From Candidatus Campbellbacteria bacterium (GTDB taxonomy: Bacteria; Patescibacteriota; Minisyncoccia; Phycocordibacterales; CSBR16-193), in assembly GCA_007117035.1 (NCBI GenBank), contig SKHG01000054.1:1060-65059 (forward strand): a DNA stretch of 64,000 nucleotides. Reading direction: 5' to 3'. A program made the translations under genes and the position numbers. The notes beneath the pieces were generated by a model. That model did not search any database. It worked only from the letters and a program-made list of their open reading frames with translations, and had not been told where the DNA came from. Positions 59,237 to 64,000 of the stretch are shown here, piece after piece (within the stretch, counting starts at the first letter, position 1; each line of letters starts with the position of its first letter).

Positions 59237-59770
59237 TTATTTACCCATATAAGATCCACGCAAAAGTGTCGTCGAATAAAATGTTTGACTAACGGTTCTA
59301 TCTTTCATCTGACTTTCAATATCAATTTCAATTTTAACTGCTATAGAAAAAGGAGTTTCTAAAAGATGCACCTCGAATCGTGTAACCGCAATATCATTCG
59401 ATGTTAATGGTTCCACAACCTCACCAACCCCAAAATACAATCGGCCATTTTCAACAAAAAATAAAATATTTTCACCATCTTCTTTTTCGATACTTAAAAC
59501 TGAAAAATTCTCATTAAATATAGAGTTGTTCAACAAATTCTTGGACATGCGCAGATTACGAATAATGTTATCTAACGAAAGAGACGCAGCCTGTTCGATA
59601 GAACGTGCTGAGTTTACTCTTTCTTGCGAGTTTGAGATGACATACAAGGTGTTGCCTATAACAATCAAGATTAAAACTAGAATAGCTAGATAGAACAAAG
59701 TTTCTACCAAAGAGAAACCCCTGTTGGTTTTTTTTGTAATGACAGAATTTATATTATTTCTATTGTTCAT
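59237..59770 (-). CDS. Type IV pilin-like protein (prepilin-type N-terminal cleavage/methylation domain)
   Basis: 177 aa. Class III signal RG|FSLVETLFYLAILVLIL. Confidence 0.6.
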   Translation of the reverse strand: MNNRNNINSVITKKTNRGFSLVETLFYLAILVLILIVIGNTLYVISNSQERVNSARSIEQAASLSLDNIIRNLRMSKNLLNNSIFNENFSVLSIEKEDGENILFFVENGRLYFGVGEVVEPLTSNDIAVTRFEVHLLETPFSIAVKIEIDIESQMKDRTVSQTFYSTTLLRGSYMGK

Positions 59771-60278
59771 CTTTAAAAATGTTAGTTATGTAGGCCGAAA
59801 TATCTCTAGTGGAATCACCAAAAACACCAGACCAAAATACCTCAACGCGCAAATAAAGAGTATCAGGATCCGGACTACCTCCAACTAAAGTAATGTTATC
59901 ATCTACATCTCTATATACATCTTCAATAAACAAAACCCTGGTGAATATATCACCTACCAAAACGGGCTCTTCTTGTATGGACCAAACTCCATTTTGAAAA
60001 TTTAGGTAATACTCTCTATTATTCTCAAGCATAGAAATGTTTTCCCAACTTTGATCTCTTAAGACTCTAACCACCTCGACTCCTTCATGAGCCAAAAGCA
60101 TAGCTGAGAGGTTGTTTGGACTGTTGACTGAAACCTGAAAATATAGAATGTATGATCCAATCAAAGTTGCAACCATTGTTGAGAATATTGCAAGCCCAAC
60201 GATAACCTCCACTAAAGAAAAACCGGAAGAAGACTTAGTTCTGTTATCAAACCTACTTATCTTTTTATTCAAAAACAT
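59760..60278 (-). CDS. Type IV pilin-like protein (prepilin-type N-terminal domain)
   Basis: 172 aa. SSG|FSLVEVIVGLAIFSTMV. Confidence 0.6.
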   Translation of the reverse strand: MFLNKKISRFDNRTKSSSGFSLVEVIVGLAIFSTMVATLIGSYILYFQVSVNSPNNLSAMLLAHEGVEVVRVLRDQSWENISMLENNREYYLNFQNGVWSIQEEPVLVGDIFTRVLFIEDVYRDVDDNITLVGGSPDPDTLYLRVEVFWSGVFGDSTRDISAYITNIFKDEQ

Positions 60279-60290
60279 AAAATCTATTAC

Positions 60291-60806
60291 CTAATTAACA
60301 CTCTCAACTATTCCTAACGAGGAAATCGAAAGAACCCTGTCTTGGTTGCTCTGAGAGGATCGCAGAGTGACTGTTCCTTGGGTTGATGGTGACCCGGTTA
60401 GGCGTTCAAAAACAATTTTGTTTGTCTCGTTTTGTAATGAATAACTCTCAATCTCAACAGAAGTATGAAATTCGTGAATCCTGATTATGGAGTTTTCATT
60501 CTCCTCAGTACCCGAGAAAAGAACTACTCGATCGGTATAAAAACTTACCCCGTACTGATTATCCTCGAACGAACCTTGCGTTAAGGCTCTTGCCTCTTTG
60601 ATGTACATACCGACTGCAGTTGTGTCTCGATCGAGAGCTTGGCTATTACCAAAACCAGAAAGAGCCCAAGATGTGATTCCAGCAATTAGAACAAGCAAAG
60701 AGATGACCAATATAATTTCCATTAAGGTAAAACCTCTCTGTCTTTTAACAGTTTTATTGCTAAACTCCTTTTTCAATTTTATGTTCTTAAGATTAAAGAA
60801 ATTCAT
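60291..60806 (-). CDS. Type IV pilin-like protein (prepilin-type N-terminal domain), probable major or minor pilin
   Basis: 171 aa. QRG|FTLMEIILVISLLVLIAG, with a long leader. Confidence 0.6.
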   Translation of the reverse strand: MNFFNLKNIKLKKEFSNKTVKRQRGFTLMEIILVISLLVLIAGITSWALSGFGNSQALDRDTTAVGMYIKEARALTQGSFEDNQYGVSFYTDRVVLFSGTEENENSIIRIHEFHTSVEIESYSLQNETNKIVFERLTGSPSTQGTVTLRSSQSNQDRVLSISSLGIVESVN

Positions 60807-60807
60807 A

Positions 60808-62016
60808 TTATATCTGATCCATAATTGAGTACACTGGACCCAACATAGAAACAGCGAAGAAACCGACTGCCGCTCCGATCAAAACCATCAAAACGGGCTC
60901 AATTATGGTTGAGAGATCTTTGGTTTTTTGATCAACTTCATTCTCAAAATAATCTGCAATGTTCATTAACATTTCACTGGTTTTTCCAGTCTCCTCACCA
61001 ACAGACATCATCTCCCCAACCAAGACAGGGTATAGATGTTCGTATTTAATAAAAACGGCAGAGACAGAATCACCTTTTTGAATCTTTTTAGCTGCTTCAG
61101 CTAAAACAGGTTTGAAATATGAATTTTGAATTACGTCGCCAGTTATCTCAAGAGCATCAACCATACCAACTCCGGATGCCAAAAGAGAAGAGAGAGTTCT
61201 GGATGTTCGCGCAGCATTAACTTCTTTTACCATATTCTTAATGACTGGAATGTGTAGGATGAAAAAATCAAAAGATCTTTTACCTCGAGTGGTTTTAGCA
61301 ATCGAGTAATAGACACCAGAAATCAAAGCAGAGAAAAGAACAATCAACAACAAAGTATGGTTCAGTATGCTGTTACTGATAAAAATTATAAACTGAGTTG
61401 AGGCTGGTAGTTCAACACCAACACCCTCAAAAGTACTGACCAAAGTTGGTACCACAAAAGCCAACATCAATGATGCAATGATTATCATAACTGAAAAAAT
61501 CACAGTCGGATAAATCATCGCACCTTTTACCCTCTTTTTTAACTGATCAGTTTTCTCCATCTGCTGACCCAATGTCATCAAAACCTTGTGTAGATTTCCC
61601 CCCTCCTCTCCCGAACGAACCATCGATACATACAGTGGCGAAAACTCAGAATGTTTCTTTAGTGCATCACTGAAAGTGCTTCCACCTTCAATCTGTTCGT
61701 GAACATCAGACAATATTTTAGCGAACTTTTGGTTCCGAGCCTGTCTTTTTAATATCAAAAGAGATCTTGATATTGAAATACCTGCTTTGAGCATAGTCGA
61801 GAGGTTTTTTGTTGCAGTTATTTTCTCCTGACTCTTAACCCCACCAAAAGAAATAGACTTCAGCCAGTTTTCTTTTTTCTCCTCGAGTGTTACTGAGATG
61901 ACTTGCTCACCGTTTGCTTCCAGTTCTTCACGCAAAATATCTGCACTCTCAGCCTGTATGGTTTCAACATACCTCTCTCCATTACTTTTAAGGGCTTTGA
62001 CTTTAAACTGGGCCAT
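60808..62016 (-). CDS. pilC: Type IV pilus assembly platform protein PilC/GspF (complete copy)
   Basis: 402 aa. Duplicated T2SSF domains, three TM helices. Confidence 0.85.
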   Translation of the reverse strand: MAQFKVKALKSNGERYVETIQAESADILREELEANGEQVISVTLEEKKENWLKSISFGGVKSQEKITATKNLSTMLKAGISISRSLLILKRQARNQKFAKILSDVHEQIEGGSTFSDALKKHSEFSPLYVSMVRSGEEGGNLHKVLMTLGQQMEKTDQLKKRVKGAMIYPTVIFSVMIIIASLMLAFVVPTLVSTFEGVGVELPASTQFIIFISNSILNHTLLLIVLFSALISGVYYSIAKTTRGKRSFDFFILHIPVIKNMVKEVNAARTSRTLSSLLASGVGMVDALEITGDVIQNSYFKPVLAEAAKKIQKGDSVSAVFIKYEHLYPVLVGEMMSVGEETGKTSEMLMNIADYFENEVDQKTKDLSTIIEPVLMVLIGAAVGFFAVSMLGPVYSIMDQI

Positions 62017-62027
62017 ATTAAATTAAA

Positions 62028-63773
62028 TTACTCGTAAGCAACTCGGAAGACTTCCTCTAAGGAAGTTTGACCTTGAACTGCCTTGAAAAGACCGTCCTCT
62101 ATCATAGTTAACATTCCTTCTTCTCTTGCTTGTTTTTCTATTTTTTCATCTGAGGCATTTTCTAAAATTAATCTTTTGATACTTTCAGAAACATCTAGAA
62201 CCTCATAAAGACCAACTCTACCTTTATACCCATCTCCTTCGTCATTTTCTTTCGGCCTATAAAAAGGAATGGTCTCCCAGGTTTCATCACTTTTTACCAC
62301 TTTTTTTTCTTTTAGGTACTTCAACATTTTATCAAGGTCGATAGTCTTACCTAGTTGCTCAATCTCACTTTTACCAAGGTTGTACTTTTCTTTGGAGTCG
62401 GAAAGTTTACGGACAAGTCTTTGAGCAATTATGACACCTAAAGTTGAGACCAAAAGAAATGGCTCAATCTTCATATCAACCAGTCGAGGAATGGCTCCAG
62501 CTGCCGAGTTTGTGTGTAAGGTTGAGATCACTAAGTGTCCTGTTAAAGCAGCATTGACTGCCAATGAAGCAGTTTCACCGTCTCTAATCTCACCGACCAT
62601 GATAATATCGGGGTCTTGTCTAAGGAGTGTTCGTAGACCATTTGCAAAACTAAAACCAATATCTGGTCGAACTTGAGTTTGATTGATTCTTTTCATTTGA
62701 TACTCTATCGGATCTTCTACAGTTGATATGTTAACTTCAGGTGAATTCAAAATATCAAGTAGGGTATACAAAGTAGTAGTCTTTCCGGAACCGGTTGGTC
62801 CGGTGGTTAAGACCATTCCAGTGGTTGATTTAATAGCCGAATGAATACTTTCAAGTGCTTCGTCGTGAAAACCCAATGACTCCAATGTCATTCCAGAAAC
62901 ATTTCCACGCAAAAGACGCATCACTGCTTTTTCTCCGTAGTATGTTGGTAATGTTGAGACTCGGAAAGAAACATTTTCATTATTTACAATAATTTTAAAG
63001 CGTCCGTCCTGTGGTAGACGTTTTTCGTCCAACTTTAGATTAGACAATACTTTGATTCTGGCAATGATACTGGCTGAAGCTTCTTTAGGAAGAACCATTG
63101 TCTCGTGCAACAAACCATCTATTCTATAGCGAACCGAAAGTTTTTCTTCCATAGGCTCTACATGAATATCAGAAGCGTTCTGGATTATAGCGTGCTTTAG
63201 CAAGGTCTCTACCACTCTCACAACTGGTAAATCTTCAGCAGATTTCTTCAAATCTTCTTCCGACATATCTTCTTCACCTTCTGAAATAGTCTCTATCGCA
63301 CCAGCTTCTTTTTGGATAATATCACCAAATTCAGCTTGCAAACTCTTCTGATACTGCATCAAAGCACTTTTTATAGACTCCTTGTCAGTTAAACGAGGAA
63401 GAATCTTTAACCCAGTTTTCTTTTTTATAAAATCAATCGCAGTTAAGTCGTTTGTGTTTAACATCGCAACTTCCAAAGTTTTTTCTTGCTTACGAAAAGC
63501 TACGATGTTGTGGTTACGAGCAATTGGCTCTGGAATTAGAGAAAGAATTTTAAAATCAATCTGCTCACCTTTCAGGTTAACAAATGGTAGACCCAGAATA
63601 TATGCCCTAGTTCTAATTAGGTCATTTTCACTAAGATAACCACTACTGACTAGTAATTCTTCCAGATCCTTTCCACTCTTTTTTGAGTCTTCGTGAACTT
63701 TTGTAAAATCCTCGTTCGATATTAATCCGGAATCGATCAAAAAATCTTTTATTTTTTCAGGTTTAATCTGCAT
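62028..63773 (-). CDS. pilB: Type IV pilus assembly ATPase PilB/GspE family (copy 2)
   Basis: 581 aa. GPTGSGKTTT, VEDPIEY and LVISTLHTNSAAGA. Confidence 0.85.
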   Translation of the reverse strand: MQIKPEKIKDFLIDSGLISNEDFTKVHEDSKKSGKDLEELLVSSGYLSENDLIRTRAYILGLPFVNLKGEQIDFKILSLIPEPIARNHNIVAFRKQEKTLEVAMLNTNDLTAIDFIKKKTGLKILPRLTDKESIKSALMQYQKSLQAEFGDIIQKEAGAIETISEGEEDMSEEDLKKSAEDLPVVRVVETLLKHAIIQNASDIHVEPMEEKLSVRYRIDGLLHETMVLPKEASASIIARIKVLSNLKLDEKRLPQDGRFKIIVNNENVSFRVSTLPTYYGEKAVMRLLRGNVSGMTLESLGFHDEALESIHSAIKSTTGMVLTTGPTGSGKTTTLYTLLDILNSPEVNISTVEDPIEYQMKRINQTQVRPDIGFSFANGLRTLLRQDPDIIMVGEIRDGETASLAVNAALTGHLVISTLHTNSAAGAIPRLVDMKIEPFLLVSTLGVIIAQRLVRKLSDSKEKYNLGKSEIEQLGKTIDLDKMLKYLKEKKVVKSDETWETIPFYRPKENDEGDGYKGRVGLYEVLDVSESIKRLILENASDEKIEKQAREEGMLTMIEDGLFKAVQGQTSLEEVFRVAYE

Positions 63774-63938
63774 TACACTACAGTATACCAGATACCAACC
63801 AACATTGCCGAGTGTCTGGGTGTTGACAAAAGCTACCTCTCGGGCTTATTATTAAGTTATCGAAGTTCGCAAGAAAGCGAGCTTTGTTTTTTTAAAAAAC
63901 AAAGCTCTAAATAATTTTACACATTAAATACATACAAT

Positions 63939-64000
63939 ATGATAGATCTAAAAGTAGTAAACTCAATTTTAAATCAACTAGAAGAAGAGCGTGGTATTCC
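63939..64000 (+). CDS. nusA: Possible 5' end of nusA (transcription termination/antitermination factor); truncated by the window edge
   Basis: MIDLKVVNSILNQLEEERGI resembles the NusA N-terminus (L..LE.EKGI). Only 20 codons are visible. A TTGACA-18-TATTAT promoter-like element lies at about 63816-63850. Confidence 0.3.
   Translation, partial: MIDLKVVNSILNQLEEERGI

Noticed and set aside
1-64000. CRISPR arrays, rRNA genes, transposases or integrases
   Set aside because: No short, regularly spaced direct repeats, no rRNA-like sequence and no DDE or tyrosine-recombinase-like ORF were found by reading. The only repeats are the 28-bp pair at 36436 and 37450, and the tRNA-Ser 3'-end duplicate.

Overview
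The window looks like a small, AT-rich genome of Candidate Phyla Radiation (Patescibacteria) type. It is densely coded, has no rpmD (L30) between rpsE and rplO, and carries an extensive competence and type IV pilus gene set.

Main content, in order along the window:
- 1-6458: a minus-strand type IV pilus operon, pilM-pilN-pilO-(small membrane protein)-pilB-response regulator-pilT-pilC (pilC runs off the window edge).
- 6551-9342: a ComF-family gene, a FlaR-like P-loop kinase, and a small Fic (class II AMPylator-like) islet bounded by a degenerate duplicate of the tRNA-Ser 3' end.
- 9461-12478: tRNA-Ser(GCU), a secreted beta-sandwich protein, recG, and a tRNA-Ile with a UAU anticodon.
- 12583-16830: a Cas4/RecB-like PD-(D/E)XK nuclease, a Fur-family regulator, ftsH, smpB and tmRNA (ssrA) with its terminator.
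- 16899-22487: a PgsB/CapB-like Mur-ligase-family protein, a DsbA-like protein, an ATP-grasp protein, infC-rpmI-rplT, and a membrane protein.
- 22874-29248: ndk, a large orphan TraD/TrwB/VirD4-like coupling ATPase, map, adk and secY.
- 29255-49395: the ribosomal-protein operon on the minus strand (rplO, rpsE, rplR, rplF, rpsH, rpsN; then rplE through rplC; then rpsJ-tuf-fusA-rpsG-rpsL).
- 49532-57863: an M50 peptidase, rpmB, a split ComEC (MBL domain and channel domain on opposite strands), rnhA, recJ, a HIT protein, pgk and tpiA.
- 57875-64000: a second pilus cluster (pilB-pilC-three prepilins-large PilX-like protein) and a probable partial nusA at the right edge.

The most unusual feature is a ~5.7 kb non-ribosomal insertion between rpsN (S14) and rplE (L5), spanning 31825-37561. 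It carries an OlsA/OlsB-like acyltransferase pair (candidate aminolipid synthesis), an orphan sensor histidine kinase, a methyltransferase, a small ORF with a strong RBS, and a TraB/GumN-like gene. The last two genes are bracketed by a perfect 28-bp direct repeat.

No CRISPR array, rRNA or obvious transposase was seen.
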